Assembly (NCBI GenBank): GCA_964407135.1
Contig: CAYOUI010000001.1
Span: forward strand, 816-64,815
Reading direction: 5' to 3'
Length of the DNA: 64,000 bases
Source: an uncultured Methylobacillus sp.
Lineage (GTDB): Bacteria; Pseudomonadota; Gammaproteobacteria; Burkholderiales; Methylophilaceae
Part shown: piece by piece, positions 31,667 to 43,002 of the stretch
How positions within the stretch are numbered: the first letter of the stretch is position 1
How the letters are laid out: the number at the start of each line of letters is the position of its first letter
Position numbers and translations under genes: made by a program
Notes under the pieces: generated by a model
Told to the model about the DNA's origin: nothing
Databases searched by the model: none
What the model saw: the letters and a program-made list of their open reading frames with translations, nothing else

Positions 31667-32442
31667 AAAAACATAACGAAATAATTAAAGCTGAATCTAA
31701 GAATCTAAATTTCTATTATGCGGATGGTACCCAAGCATTGAAAAATGTTAGCTTACCTGTATATGAAAATAAAATTACTGCACTCATTGGTCCCTCAGGA
31801 TGCGGAAAATCTACATTCCTGAGATCTTTTAATAGAATGCATGATCTTTATCCTGGAAATAGATATGAAGGTCAAATTATCTTACAACCGGACAATACCA
31901 ATATACTCGAGGCTGGAGTTGACCCAATTGAAGTAAGAATGAGAATTAGCATGGTTTTTCAAAAGCCTAACCCATTCCCAAAATCTATATTTGAAAATGT
32001 AGCCTATGGACTTCGAGTTAGAGGTGAATCAAATAAAAGAAGATTAGACGAAAAAGTCGAAGAAGCCTTAAAGGGTGCATCATTATGGAATGAAGTTAAA
32101 GATCGTTTACAAGATTTAGCTTTTAATCTTTCAGGCGGACAGCAACAAAGACTTTGCATAGCTAGAGCTTTGGCAACTGAACCTGAAATCATGTTATTTG
32201 ATGAGCCAACCTCAGCTTTAGACCCAGTTGCTACAATGAATATTGAAGAATTAATGTCGGAATTAAAAGAAAAACTATCAATATTGATTGTGACTCATAA
32301 TATGCAACAAGCTGCGAGAATTTCAGATTTTACTGCCTATATGTATCTTGGAGAATTAATTGAACATGATACAACCAATCAAATATTTACTAATCCATCA
32401 AAAAAAGAAACGGAAGACTACATAACTGGCAAGTTTGGGTAA
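31660..32442 (+). CDS. pstB: Phosphate ABC transporter ATP-binding protein PstB
   Basis: Walker [10 protein letters not shown], signature LSGGQQQRL and Walker [12 protein letters not shown]. Confidence 0.95.
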   Translation: MVKKHNEIIKAESKNLNFYYADGTQALKNVSLPVYENKITALIGPSGCGKSTFLRSFNRMHDLYPGNRYEGQIILQPDNTNILEAGVDPIEVRMRISMVFQKPNPFPKSIFENVAYGLRVRGESNKRRLDEKVEEALKGASLWNEVKDRLQDLAFNLSGGQQQRLCIARALATEPEIMLFDEPTSALDPVATMNIEELMSELKEKLSILIVTHNMQQAARISDFTAYMYLGELIEHDTTNQIFTNPSKKETEDYITGKFG

Positions 32443-32447
32443 GAAAG

Positions 32448-33785
32448 TTAAAATTTCAATTTTGTAGTAAGAAAATTTGCAGCCATAGTTGCTTTCTCTT
32501 TATCTGGCCCTTCAGTCATCACTCTTATAAGAGGCTGTGTGCCTGATTCACGAATTAAAATTCGTCCTTTATTTTCCATTATTAATTTAGCTTGTTCAAT
32601 GGCTTCATTTATTTCTTTGGATTTCAAATCTATTTTTTTGGTAAGTGGAATATTTATCAAAATTTGTGGGTACATAGGAATTACTTTTAATGCTTTTTCA
32701 ATAGTTGTTTTATGTTCTACAATTGAATTTAATACTTGTAATGCTGAGATAATACCGTCACCAGTAGTATGCTTATCTGTTATAAGAATATGTCCAGAAT
32801 TTTCACCTCCCAATAACCAACCCTCATCATAAAGCATCTTTGCCACGTAACGGTCTCCAACATCAGATCTCTTAAAAGGAATATTTTCTTTCTTTAAATA
32901 TTCCTCTAATGCTAAATTGGTCATCAATGTTCCTACAACTCCACCTGTGAGTTTATTTTTTTTTAAATAGTTCTGCACTATTAAAAATAAAAGCTGGTCA
33001 CCATCTATGAGATTTCCCATGGAGTCAGACATAATTACTCGATCTCCATCTCCATCAAAAGCTATTCCTATATCAGCTGAATTATCTATAACACTTTTTT
33101 GTAAAAATTTAGGGTGGATAGATCCTGCATTATGATTAATATTTAATCCATCTGGTTGATTATTTATTGCTATGACATCTGCACCAAAATCAGAAAAAAC
33201 TCTAGGAGCTACTTGATAAGTAGCGCCATGTGCACAATCTAAAACAATTTTTAAAGTATTTAAATTAAAAGTTGAGTCAACAGTATCCTTACAAAAACTT
33301 ACATATCTATCAATAGCATCATCAATTCGCTTTGCTTTACCTATTTGATTAGGGGGTGTTGAACTGATTTCGTCATCTAGTAAAGCTTCAATTTCTAATT
33401 CTGTTTCATCTGAAAGTTTAATGCCTAGTTCAGAAAAAAGTTTAATGCCATTATCTTCAAATGAATTATGAGATGCAGAAATCACTACTCCAATCTGTGC
33501 TTTTAATGTTTTTGTTAAATACGCTATTGCTGGAGTAGGTATTGGCCCAGTTAAAAAAACATCGACACCTGCAGATGAAAATCCTGACTCTAATGCGGAT
33601 TCAAGCATATATCCAGATATTCTTGTATCTTTTCCAATAACAACTGCTGGTTTTTTTTTATTATTCCATGATTTTGTAAGCACTTTACCTGCAGCAAAGC
33701 CAAGTTTAATAAAAAATTCAGGAGTAATTGGATACTCCCCAGTTTTGCCTCTTATACCATCAGTCCCAAAATATTTTTTTGTCAT
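32448..33785 (-). CDS. glmM: Phosphoglucosamine mutase
   Basis: Has the FGTDGIRG N-terminus and the phosphoserine loop ISASHNSFEDNGIK. Part of the folP-glmM arrangement. Confidence 0.95.
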   Translation of the reverse strand: MTKKYFGTDGIRGKTGEYPITPEFFIKLGFAAGKVLTKSWNNKKKPAVVIGKDTRISGYMLESALESGFSSAGVDVFLTGPIPTPAIAYLTKTLKAQIGVVISASHNSFEDNGIKLFSELGIKLSDETELEIEALLDDEISSTPPNQIGKAKRIDDAIDRYVSFCKDTVDSTFNLNTLKIVLDCAHGATYQVAPRVFSDFGADVIAINNQPDGLNINHNAGSIHPKFLQKSVIDNSADIGIAFDGDGDRVIMSDSMGNLIDGDQLLFLIVQNYLKKNKLTGGVVGTLMTNLALEEYLKKENIPFKRSDVGDRYVAKMLYDEGWLLGGENSGHILITDKHTTGDGIISALQVLNSIVEHKTTIEKALKVIPMYPQILINIPLTKKIDLKSKEINEAIEQAKLIMENKGRILIRESGTQPLIRVMTEGPDKEKATMAANFLTTKLKF

Positions 33786-33792
33786 TTAATTT

Positions 33793-34614
33793 TTAATTGT
33801 CTTTTGTTTGTAATATTTCTAGTGCAACTTTTGTTTCTTTAACATCATGAACACGAACTATTTTTGCACCTTTTAAAACACTTAAAGCAGCCATTATGGC
33901 GCTTGCTTGAATAATATCATTTTCTTGATTACCAATTATATTTCTTATCATTGATTTCCTTGAAACACCTGCAAGTATTGGTACTGATAAAGTTTTAAAT
34001 TTATCCAAAGATTGAAATAATTTTAAATTATTTTCATGCGTTTTACCAAAGCCAAACCCAGGGTCAATCACTATTCTTGACCTATCTATACCCGATTCTT
34101 CACAACTAGTAACTCTACTGTTTAAAAACTCTATTACTTCATCAACAACATCTATATAAGATGGATTATTTTGCATATCTTGAGGGGTTCCTTGCATATG
34201 CATTAACGATAAAATTACATTGGAGTTAGCAACAGCCTCAATTGAACCTGATTTTCTTAAAGCAAATATATCATTAATCATCTCAACACCTAAATCAATT
34301 CCCAGCTTCATAATTTCAGGTTTATAAGTATCTATAGAAATTGGAATTTTAAAAGTATTTTTTATTGCTTTAAGGATAGGTTCGATTCTTTTTCTTTCTT
34401 CATTAACATCTATTATTTTTGAACCTGGTCTTGTCGACTCACCTCCAATATCAATCAAATCAGCCCCATCTTCAATCATTAATTCTGCGTGTTCGATGGC
34501 TTTTTTTTGGTCGAAAAAACATCCGCCATCAGAAAAGGAATCAGGTGTTATGTTTAGAATTCCCATGATGAGTGGTTTTTTCTTGTCTTGAAGGAGTTTT
34601 TTTATTGAATTCAT
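33793..34614 (-). CDS. folP: Dihydropteroate synthase
   Basis: Has the GILNITPDSFSDGG and DIGGESTRPG motifs. Confidence 0.93.
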   Translation of the reverse strand: MNSIKKLLQDKKKPLIMGILNITPDSFSDGGCFFDQKKAIEHAELMIEDGADLIDIGGESTRPGSKIIDVNEERKRIEPILKAIKNTFKIPISIDTYKPEIMKLGIDLGVEMINDIFALRKSGSIEAVANSNVILSLMHMQGTPQDMQNNPSYIDVVDEVIEFLNSRVTSCEESGIDRSRIVIDPGFGFGKTHENNLKLFQSLDKFKTLSVPILAGVSRKSMIRNIIGNQENDIIQASAIMAALSVLKGAKIVRVHDVKETKVALEILQTKDN

Positions 34615-34625
34615 ACAATAAAATA

Positions 34626-34643
34626 AAGGGGCTTTCGCCCCTT
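34626..34643 (-). terminator. Hairpin between ftsH and folP (partial terminator or RNA-stability element)
   Basis: AAGGGGC-TTTC-GCCCCTT is a perfect 7-bp stem. On the minus strand it is followed by TTTATTTTATT. Confidence 0.6.
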
Positions 34644-34647
34644 AAGA

Positions 34648-36537
34648 TTAATTTTTAGCTGTTGGTTGTGCAGATACAGAATCCGAAGGTCCAATAGTTG
34701 GTCCTTTTTTATCTGTAGGTGGTTTGACTGAGCCTGCTGACGGCTTAGGAGCTCTTACTTTTTTCCCAGCCATTACATCTGCAATTTGATCACTATCAAT
34801 TGTTTCATATTCAAGAAGAGCTTTAGCCATTACTTCAACTTTTCTTTTATTTTTTTCAATTAATTTACGTGCAATTTTATATTGCTGATCTAAAATAGAT
34901 TTTATTTCGGTATCTACTTTAAGCTGAGTTGCTTCAGAAATAGATTTAGTATTTAAAAATGATTCTTCATTATCATCAGCATAAACCATAGTTCCCAATT
35001 TATCTGACATCCCATATTTAGTTACCATTTCTCTAGCCAGCTTTGTGGCACGATCAAAATCATTTGCAGCGCCAGTCGACATTTGCTTCATGAAAACTTC
35101 TTCAGCAATTCGACCGCCAAACAATATTGATATCTCTTCTAACATCTTCTCTTTAAAATTGCTAAAAGTGTCATATTCAGGTAATTGCCAAGTTAGGCCT
35201 AATGCCCACCCCCTCGGCATAATTGTTACTTTATGAACTGGGTCTGCATTTGGAAGTAACTTTGCTACAACAGCATGGCCAGATTCATGATATGCGGTAT
35301 TTCTTCTTTCTTCTTCTCGCATAATAAGTGATTTTCTTTCAGGCCCCATAAATATCTTATCTTTTGCTTCTTCAAAATCTTCCATATCTACAGTACGTTT
35401 ATTTTTTCTAGCTGCGAATAAAGCTGATTCATTTACCAGGTTTGCTAAATCAGCCCCAGAAAATCCAGGTGTACCTCGTGCAATAATATCTGCCTTAACA
35501 TTTACATCAGATGGAATTTTTCTCATGTGAACAAGAAGAATTTCTTCCCTACCTTTAATATCCGGTAAAGAAACCATTATTTGTCTATCGAAACGACCTG
35601 GTCTTAATAGAGCTTTATCGAGTACGTCCGCCCTATTTGTTGCAGCAATAACAATAACTCCTGAATTGGGTTCAAATCCATCTAATTCAACAAGTAATTG
35701 ATTTAATGTTTGTTCACGCTCATCATTACCACCGCCGGTACCTGCTCCTCGGCTTCTTCCAACTGCATCTATTTCATCAATAAAAATTATGCAAGGTGAA
35801 CTTTTTTTAGCCTGTTCAAACATATCTCTAACCCTTGCTGCACCTACACCAACAAACATCTCAACAAAATCAGAACCAGAAATAGTAAAAAATGGTACTT
35901 TTGCTTCGCCTGCAACTGCTCTGGCAAGAAGTGTTTTACCAGTTCCCGGAGGTCCTACCATCAGAACACCACGAGGAATTCTTCCACCTAGTTTATGAAA
36001 TTTTGATGGGTCTTTTAAAAAATCAACTAATTCATGCACTTCTTCTTTTGCTTCGTCGCATCCAGCAACATCTTTAAAAGTAGTTTTATTTGTTGTTTGG
36101 TCAAGTTGTCTTGCTTTGCTCTTACCAAAGGAAAAGGGTCCACCACCTTTATTACCTCCTTGCATTTGGCGCATAAAGAAAATCCATACCCCAACTAACA
36201 AAATCATTGGAAACCATGAAATAAATATATTCATCAATAACGATTGCTGCTCTTCAGGCTTTGCATCTACAATTACGTTATTTTTTAATAAGTCTGAAAC
36301 TAGCCATGGATCTGTTGGCGCATAAGTAGAAAACTTCTTACCATCAACAGTGATACCTGTTAAGTTATGACCATCAATTTCGACTTTTGCAATACTTCCT
36401 GACTTAACCTGATCCATGAATTGAGAATAAACTAACTTATTTTCAAATCTCGTGGACCCCGAAAATTGATTAAAAATGGTCATCATAAAAACACCAATTG
36501 CGAGCCATATTGCTATACTTTTAAGGTTGTTATTCAC
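34648..36537 (-). CDS. ftsH: ATP-dependent zinc metalloprotease FtsH
   Basis: Two N-terminal TM segments, an AAA+ Walker A (GPPGTGKT) and the HESGH zinc motif. It uses a GTG start at 36537. Confidence 0.97.
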   Translation of the reverse strand: MNNNLKSIAIWLAIGVFMMTIFNQFSGSTRFENKLVYSQFMDQVKSGSIAKVEIDGHNLTGITVDGKKFSTYAPTDPWLVSDLLKNNVIVDAKPEEQQSLLMNIFISWFPMILLVGVWIFFMRQMQGGNKGGGPFSFGKSKARQLDQTTNKTTFKDVAGCDEAKEEVHELVDFLKDPSKFHKLGGRIPRGVLMVGPPGTGKTLLARAVAGEAKVPFFTISGSDFVEMFVGVGAARVRDMFEQAKKSSPCIIFIDEIDAVGRSRGAGTGGGNDEREQTLNQLLVELDGFEPNSGVIVIAATNRADVLDKALLRPGRFDRQIMVSLPDIKGREEILLVHMRKIPSDVNVKADIIARGTPGFSGADLANLVNESALFAARKNKRTVDMEDFEEAKDKIFMGPERKSLIMREEERRNTAYHESGHAVVAKLLPNADPVHKVTIMPRGWALGLTWQLPEYDTFSNFKEKMLEEISILFGGRIAEEVFMKQMSTGAANDFDRATKLAREMVTKYGMSDKLGTMVYADDNEESFLNTKSISEATQLKVDTEIKSILDQQYKIARKLIEKNKRKVEVMAKALLEYETIDSDQIADVMAGKKVRAPKPSAGSVKPPTDKKGPTIGPSDSVSAQPTAKN

Positions 36538-36596
36538 TTTTTTACCTTTATTTGTAATCGTTAATCATTATTCTAAACTAGAATATCTTTAAAAAC

Positions 36597-37220
36597 TTAG
36601 TTATTTATTTTTTCGTAACATAAAACAAATATTTCCGAGCTTCTACCTCTTGAAGACTTCGGTTTTATGCTTATCACCTTTTTAAAAAAAGGCTTACAAG
36701 ATTTTACGAAATCATCAAAATCTGCTCCCATGAAAGACTTGACCAATAAATGTCCATTCAGTTTCAAATATTTATGTGAAAAGTCCAAAGCAAGCTCATT
36801 TAAATAAATAGCTGCCGATTGATCAACTGTCTTCACTCCACTAATATTGGGGGCCATATCTGAAATTACAAGGTCAACTTTAAAATCTTTTAATTTATTT
36901 TTTATTTCATCCAGCACAGTATTTTCTCTGAAATCACCTTGAATAAATTCTACATCTTTTATAGGCTTCATTTCTAATAAATCTAATGCAATTAATCTAC
37001 CTTTATCACCAATTTCTTTAATTGTCACTTGGGACCAGCTACCGGGCGCTGATCCTAAATCAATAATCACTAAACCTGGTTTGAAAAGGTCATATTTATC
37101 ATTTATTTCAATTAATTTATAGGCTGCACGTGATCTATATCCATCTTTTTGTGCTTGTTTAACAAACAAATCAGAGGTATGTTCAGACATCCATCCTTTA
37201 CTAGTTCTTGTTCTTTTCAT
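36597..37220 (-). CDS. rlmE: 23S rRNA (uridine2552-2'-O)-methyltransferase RlmE/FtsJ
   Basis: Has YRSRAAYKL and the SAM motif DLGSAPGSWSQ. Upstream of ftsH and divergent from yhbY, as in E. coli. Confidence 0.93.
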   Translation of the reverse strand: MKRTRTSKGWMSEHTSDLFVKQAQKDGYRSRAAYKLIEINDKYDLFKPGLVIIDLGSAPGSWSQVTIKEIGDKGRLIALDLLEMKPIKDVEFIQGDFRENTVLDEIKNKLKDFKVDLVISDMAPNISGVKTVDQSAAIYLNELALDFSHKYLKLNGHLLVKSFMGADFDDFVKSCKPFFKKVISIKPKSSRGRSSEIFVLCYEKINN

Positions 37221-37256
37221 CTGTTATGATTCAATTCCATATAAAAAAAAATATAA

Positions 37257-37544
37257 ATGCTTAACTCTAAACAAATCGCATATTTAAAAGGTCTTTCTCA
37301 CTCTATTCATCCAGTAGTGCAAATTGGCAATAAAGGACTTTCTGAAGCAGTAATAAAAGAAATCGAAGAAAGCCTTAAAGCACATGAGCTAATTAAAATT
37401 CAAGTTCAAGATAATGATAGATTAAAAAGAAAAAAATTTTTACTTTCAATATGTAAAAAATTAGAAGCAACTTCAATTAATCACATTGGTAAACAATTAG
37501 TGATTTTTAAAGCAAATTTAGATTCAAAAATTAAGTTGCCTTAA
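37257..37544 (+). CDS. yhbY: CRM-domain ribosome-assembly RNA-binding protein YhbY
   Basis: 95 aa with the LKGLSHSIHPVVQIGNKGLSEAVIKEIEESLKAHELIKI pattern, matching E. coli YhbY. Confidence 0.85.
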   Translation: MLNSKQIAYLKGLSHSIHPVVQIGNKGLSEAVIKEIEESLKAHELIKIQVQDNDRLKRKKFLLSICKKLEATSINHIGKQLVIFKANLDSKIKLP

Positions 37545-37553
37545 TTGTATTAA

Positions 37554-38000
37554 TCAACGAATTTTTAAGATTAAAAAAATACCTAAAAAACATTGGATTA
37601 AATAAGCTCCGCTTGCAATACCGTGCCAAGTGCTAAATCTATCTGCAAACATACTTTCTATTATTTCTTTTGAAATTGAGCTATCTTGTAAATTAGAAAT
37701 AATAGGATTAATTCCAAAATGACTAACCAATATTAATAATAATATTATAGTTATTAACCAAAAAGTTATAGTTCTAAAAAAGGAAAAATTTTCTTGTTTA
37801 AAGCCATAAAAAAAAAGAAAAGCTGAAGAAAACATTCCAAAAAAGTTGATAAATGTAAACATATCTTCTGCAATTGCCGTCGCAATATAAGAACTAGGTA
37901 TTTTGTTAAATAAAATTGTTGTCACCATCAGCATAGACCATAGACTACCTATCCAAAGCGAAGAAATTATTATGGATAATTTTTGTAGAAATGAATTCAT
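37554..38000 (-). CDS. Small polytopic membrane protein (about 4 TM; DUF4149/TMEM205-like by recollection)
   Basis: 148 aa with four hydrophobic segments and no catalytic motif. It is tightly linked (4 nt) downstream of greA. Confidence 0.5.
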   Translation of the reverse strand: MNSFLQKLSIIISSLWIGSLWSMLMVTTILFNKIPSSYIATAIAEDMFTFINFFGMFSSAFLFFYGFKQENFSFFRTITFWLITIILLLILVSHFGINPIISNLQDSSISKEIIESMFADRFSTWHGIASGAYLIQCFLGIFLILKIR

Positions 38001-38004
38001 AAAT

Positions 38005-38481
38005 TTATATATATGAAATTTTTACGATCTCATAATTTTTTAAACCGCCTGGTGACTCAAAATCAATAATGTCACCCTCTTCTTTTCCAATCATAGACTT
38101 AGCTAAGGGGGAATTGATTGATATCTTTTTTTGTTTAATATCAGCCTCATCATCGCCAACAATTTGGTATGTAGAATTTATTTCCTCATCTAAATCTTCT
38201 ATCTCAACAGTTGAACCAAAGACACATTTACCTTCAGCATTTAATTTTGATGGATCAATTATTGCTGCCTGTGAAAGTATTGACTCAATTTGTCTAATTC
38301 TGCCTTCAATAAAACCTTGGCGCTCTTTTGCAGCGTCGTATTCAGCATTCTCAGATAAATCACCTTGAGCCCTTGCCTCCGCAATATCTTGAACAACTTG
38401 TGGCCTATCCACACTTTTTAATTGCTTTAATTCTGCCTTAAGTAATTCTGAGCCATTTCGAGTGATTGGAATTTGATTCAT
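38005..38481 (-). CDS. greA: Transcription elongation factor GreA
   Basis: 158 aa with a coiled-coil N-terminus carrying the acidic tip (GDLSENAEYDAAKERQ) and a Gre C-terminal domain. Confidence 0.95.
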   Translation of the reverse strand: MNQIPITRNGSELLKAELKQLKSVDRPQVVQDIAEARAQGDLSENAEYDAAKERQGFIEGRIRQIESILSQAAIIDPSKLNAEGKCVFGSTVEIEDLDEEINSTYQIVGDDEADIKQKKISINSPLAKSMIGKEEGDIIDFESPGGLKNYEIVKISYI

Positions 38482-38544
38482 TCAATTTTTCCTATGTTTT
38501 GAGCTACATTAATTTATTAACAATAATTAATTATTGAGTCTATT

Positions 38545-41500
38545 TTAAGAAGAAATTTTATGCAAGCTTTGTAGAGAAGATACCCTAAGTTTATTTGAAA
38601 AATTCATCGCTTTACATGCAGCACGGGCTCCAAAAATTGTTGTAAAGTAAGTAACCTTATTTTGTAATGCATTTCTTCGAATTTCATACGAGTCGGCAAT
38701 TGCTCTTTTGTCTTCAGTAATATTTACAATAAAATCAATTTCATCATTTTTAATCATATCAACAATATGTGGTCTTCCTTCAGCAACCTTATTTACTGCA
38801 ATTACTTTCAATTTATTCTTTTTCAGTACACTTGCGGTTCCTTTAGTTGCAACTAAATTAAATCCTAAATCCTTAAGCGATTTTGCAATATCAATAACAT
38901 TATAATGATCTTCCTTGCGAACACTTAGAAAAGCTTTACCTTTTTTTGGAAGTGATGTTGAAGCACCGAGTTGAGATTTTATATAAGCTTCTGCAAAAGT
39001 TTTACCAACACCCATAACCTCTCCAGTAGATTTCATTTCTGGGCCGAGTATGGTATCCACTCCTGGAAATTTAATAAATGGAAAAACTGCTTCTTTTACT
39101 GAAAAAAATCTTGGTTCAATCTCTTTTGAAAATTTTAAAGACTTCAATGTTTTTCCAGCCATAACTTTTGCAGCAATTTTAGCTAATGGCCTTCCTATTG
39201 CTTTAGAGACAAATGGCACAGTTCTTGAAGCTCTTGGATTAACTTCTAATACATATATATCATCATTCTGAATTGCGAATTGAACATTCATTAAACCAAT
39301 CACATTCAATGCTTTTGCCATTAGCTTGGTTTGCAGAATTAATTTTTTTTGTATTTTCTTTGATAAGCTATGTGGAGGAAGTGAGCAAGCAGAGTCGCCT
39401 GAATGAACACCAGCTTGTTCGATGTGCTCCATAATTCCTGCCACAACTACTGTCTTACCATCGGAAACAGCATCAATATCTATCTCAATAGCATCATTTA
39501 AAAATCTATCTAATAAAACAGGTGATTCATTAGATACTTTTACTGCTTCTCTCATATATCTCTCTAAATCATTTTTTTCATGAACAATTTCCATTGCCCG
39601 CCCTCCTAAAACATAACTCGGTCTGACAACTAAAGGATAGCCAATTTCTTCAGCTTGCTTAATTGCCTGAGTTGGATTGTTTGCAGTCTGGTTAGGAGGT
39701 TGTTTTAATTTCAATTTTTTTATTATTTGTTGAAAACGTTCACGATCTTCAGCAGCATCAATATCATCAGGTAATGTACCTATAATCGGCACACCTTCTT
39801 TAGCTAATTCTTTAGCAAGCTTAAGGGGTGTTTGACCACCATATTGCACAATCACTCCCCATGGATTTTCAATATTTATGACCTCAAGTACATCCTCTAT
39901 AGTTACCGGCTCAAAGTATAGCCTATCTGAGGTGTCGTAATCAGTTGAAACTGTCTCAGGATTACAGTTAATCATAATAGTTTCAAACCCAGAATCCCTT
40001 AAAGCAAGAGCTGCATGAACACAGCAATAATCAAACTCAATTCCTTGCCCAATTCTATTTGGGCCACCACCTAAAATAACAATTTTTTCTTTTTTAGAAG
40101 GATTAGCTTCACAAATTTCTTCATAAGTTGAATACATATAGGCTGTGCTAGTTTCAAACTCAGCTGCACAAGTATCAACTCTTTTGTAAACTGGGTGAAT
40201 TTTATATCTATTTCTTAAAGCCCTAATATTCTTAGTTTTCTTTGACATTAATTTAGCTATTCGACTATCGGAAAATCCTTTTCTTTTAATGACTGAAAGG
40301 GTTTCTTTATTTAGTGCTTTAACACTCATTTTTCTTATTTGTTTTTCAATTTCGATTATGTCTTTTATTTGATGAAGAAACCAAGGATCAATCTTACAAT
40401 GCTGAAATATTTCATCAATAGACAAACCAATTCTAAATGCATCTCCTAAAAACCATATTCTATTTGGGCCTGGCTCCCTTAATTCTTTAATAATCTCATT
40501 TTTATCTATTGATTTTTCAGATAAACCATCTACATCAATTTCCAGTCCTCTTAATGCTTTTTGAAAAGACTCTTGAAAAGTTCTACCAATTGCCATAACT
40601 TCACCCACAGATTTCATTTGGGTTGTTAGTTTAGAATCAGCTTGTGGAAATTTTTCAAAAGCAAATCTTGGTATTTTAGTCACAACATAATCAATAGTTG
40701 GTTCAAATGATGCAGGAGTAAGTCCTCCAGTAATATCGTTAGCTAATTCATCAAGAGTGTATCCAACTGCCAATTTAGCTGCAATTTTAGCAATTGGAAA
40801 ACCAGTAGCTTTTGATGCTAATGCTGAGGATCTTGATACTCTGGGATTCATTTCAATAACTACCATTCGCCCATCATTAGGATTAATTGAAAACTGAACA
40901 TTTGAACCACCTGTTTCGACGCCAATCTCCCTTAATACATCAATAGCTGCAGTCCTCATTATTTGATACTCTTTATCTGTTAATGTTTGAGCTGGAGCAA
41001 CTGTAATTGAATCCCCAGTATGTACCCCCATAGGATCTAAATTTTCAATAGAGCAAATAATAATACAATTATCTTTTGCATCTCTTACAACTTCCATCTC
41101 AAATTCTTTCCACCCTAAAAGAGATTCTTCAATTAATAATTCATTTGTGGGTGATGCATCTAATCCTCTTTTACATATAGCCATAAATTCTTCTTGGTTA
41201 TATGCAATTCCACCCCCACTGCCACCCATAGTAAAAGAAGGGCGAATAATTGCTGGGTATCCAATACCTGCTTGGACTTGAACAGCCTGTTCAAGACTAT
41301 GTGCAATTACCGACCTAGCTGAAGCAAGACCAATTCTATCCATTGCTTCTTTAAATTGTTGTCTATCTTCTGCTTTATCAATTGCCTCTTTTGAAGCACC
41401 AATTAATTCCACATTGTATTTTTTCAAAATTCCATATTTATCCAGATCTAAAGCACAATTAAGTGCGGATTGCCCGCCCATCGTTGGTAACAAAGCATCT

Positions 41501-41748
41501 GGTTTTTCTTTTTCAATAATTTTACTAACAATATCCCATTGGATAGGTTCTATATAGGTAGCATCAGCAACATCAGGATCAGTCATAATAGTTGCTGGAT
41601 TTGAGTTGACTAAAATAACTCGGTAGCCTTCCTCCATGAGTGCCTTACATGCTTGAGCTCCAGAATAATCAAATTCACAAGCCTGACCAATAATGATTGG
41701 GCCTGCTCCAATAATAAGAATTGACTTTATATCTTTTCGCTTAGCCAC
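38545..41748 (-). CDS. carB: Carbamoyl-phosphate synthase large subunit
   Basis: 1067 aa with duplicated ATP-grasp halves and a C-terminal MGS-like allosteric domain. Confidence 0.97.
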   Translation of the reverse strand: MAKRKDIKSILIIGAGPIIIGQACEFDYSGAQACKALMEEGYRVILVNSNPATIMTDPDVADATYIEPIQWDIVSKIIEKEKPDALLPTMGGQSALNCALDLDKYGILKKYNVELIGASKEAIDKAEDRQQFKEAMDRIGLASARSVIAHSLEQAVQVQAGIGYPAIIRPSFTMGGSGGGIAYNQEEFMAICKRGLDASPTNELLIEESLLGWKEFEMEVVRDAKDNCIIICSIENLDPMGVHTGDSITVAPAQTLTDKEYQIMRTAAIDVLREIGVETGGSNVQFSINPNDGRMVVIEMNPRVSRSSALASKATGFPIAKIAAKLAVGYTLDELANDITGGLTPASFEPTIDYVVTKIPRFAFEKFPQADSKLTTQMKSVGEVMAIGRTFQESFQKALRGLEIDVDGLSEKSIDKNEIIKELREPGPNRIWFLGDAFRIGLSIDEIFQHCKIDPWFLHQIKDIIEIEKQIRKMSVKALNKETLSVIKRKGFSDSRIAKLMSKKTKNIRALRNRYKIHPVYKRVDTCAAEFETSTAYMYSTYEEICEANPSKKEKIVILGGGPNRIGQGIEFDYCCVHAALALRDSGFETIMINCNPETVSTDYDTSDRLYFEPVTIEDVLEVINIENPWGVIVQYGGQTPLKLAKELAKEGVPIIGTLPDDIDAAEDRERFQQIIKKLKLKQPPNQTANNPTQAIKQAEEIGYPLVVRPSYVLGGRAMEIVHEKNDLERYMREAVKVSNESPVLLDRFLNDAIEIDIDAVSDGKTVVVAGIMEHIEQAGVHSGDSACSLPPHSLSKKIQKKLILQTKLMAKALNVIGLMNVQFAIQNDDIYVLEVNPRASRTVPFVSKAIGRPLAKIAAKVMAGKTLKSLKFSKEIEPRFFSVKEAVFPFIKFPGVDTILGPEMKSTGEVMGVGKTFAEAYIKSQLGASTSLPKKGKAFLSVRKEDHYNVIDIAKSLKDLGFNLVATKGTASVLKKNKLKVIAVNKVAEGRPHIVDMIKNDEIDFIVNITEDKRAIADSYEIRRNALQNKVTYFTTIFGARAACKAMNFSNKLRVSSLQSLHKISS

Positions 41749-41749
41749 G

Positions 41750-42883
41750 TTATTTTTTTCCTTTGGACATCATTTTAATAAATTTATCGAATAAGTAATC
41801 CATTTCAGATGGTCCGGGGCTAGCTTCAGGATGTCCCTGAAAACTAAATGCTGGAGCATCCATTAAGCTTATTCCTTGAAGAGATTTGTCAAATAATGAA
41901 ATATGTGTGATTTTGATATTTTTTGGAATTGATAAACTATCAACGGTAAACCCATGGTTTTGGCTAGTAATAAAAACTTTACCGGTTTCTTTATCTTGTA
42001 CTGGATGATTTGCACCATGATGGCCAAATTTCATTTTTATAGTCTTAGCACCACTTGCTAAAGCTAATAATTGATGGCCTAAACAAATACCAAAAATTGG
42101 TAATTTTTTTTCTAAAATAACTTTAATATTATCAATAGCATAATCACAAGGCTCAGGGTCTCCAGGGCCATTTGATAAAAATACTCCGTTTGGTTTCATT
42201 GCTAAAACTTGTTTCACAGGAAGTTTTGCTGGAACTACCGTAACTTTGCATCCGCGTGAAATTAACATTCTTAAAATATTTTTTTTAATTCCAAAGTCAT
42301 AAGCTACTACGTGATATTTAAATGATGAAACTTTTTTATATCCTAACCCAAGTTTCCATTCCCCTTCTTTTGTTGTATATTTTTTTTTGGTTGAAACTAC
42401 TTTAGCTAAATCCATTCCAGCTATTCCTTGAAAAGACCTAGCTTTTTTAATGGCTTGTTTTTCGTTAATAACTCCAGTAGAAATACAACCAGCTTGAGCA
42501 CCGTTGGTCCTTAAGTGTTGTGTTAAAGCTCTAGTATCAATTCCTGATATACCTATAATTTTTTGTTTTTTTAAAAAATCTGATAGAGAGTTTTTAGCTC
42601 TAAAATTTGAGTATGCAAAAGGTAAATCACGAATAATTAAACCATTTGCAAAGACTTTTTTTGATTCAAAATCTTCTAAATTAATTCCAGTATTGCCAAT
42701 GTGAGGATAAGTAAAGGTAATAATTTGTTCTGTGTAGGATGGGTCCGAGAGAATCTCTTGATAACCTGTCATCGCTGTATTAAATACTATTTCTCCAACA
42801 ACAGATCCTTTAATACCAATTGAAGTACCTCGAAACTTTGTTCCGTCTGCAAGCACTAATATGGCCGGCAATTTAGACGACAA
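41750..42883 (-). CDS. carA: Carbamoyl-phosphate synthase small (glutaminase) subunit
   Basis: 377 aa class I GATase with catalytic Cys in GICLGHQ and an HGANHPV motif. Confidence 0.96.
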   Translation of the reverse strand: MSSKLPAILVLADGTKFRGTSIGIKGSVVGEIVFNTAMTGYQEILSDPSYTEQIITFTYPHIGNTGINLEDFESKKVFANGLIIRDLPFAYSNFRAKNSLSDFLKKQKIIGISGIDTRALTQHLRTNGAQAGCISTGVINEKQAIKKARSFQGIAGMDLAKVVSTKKKYTTKEGEWKLGLGYKKVSSFKYHVVAYDFGIKKNILRMLISRGCKVTVVPAKLPVKQVLAMKPNGVFLSNGPGDPEPCDYAIDNIKVILEKKLPIFGICLGHQLLALASGAKTIKMKFGHHGANHPVQDKETGKVFITSQNHGFTVDSLSIPKNIKITHISLFDKSLQGISLMDAPAFSFQGHPEASPGPSEMDYLFDKFIKMMSKGKK

Positions 42884-42920
42884 GAAACTTCTCCAAGGTA
42901 AATAATCATTAGATAAAACA

Positions 42921-42945
42921 AACGGGTGGTTTAACGCCTCCCGTT
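42921..42945 (-). terminator. Hairpin between dapB and carA (dapB terminator and/or carAB leader structure)
   Basis: AACGGGTGG-TTTAACG-CCTCCCGTT has a 9-bp stem with one mismatch. On the minus strand it is followed by TGTTTTATCT. Confidence 0.55.
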
Positions 42946-43002
42946 GAAAGAATTATAAATCATTCGTTACTTTACTTCAATTTAAAATATGAAAAATGTT
43001 GG

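Noticed and set aside
42950-42965. GAAT-N8-ATTC palindrome upstream of carA as an ARG box
   Set aside because: ARG boxes are TGAAT-N4-ATTCA. The spacing here is wrong and the arms are only 4 bp.
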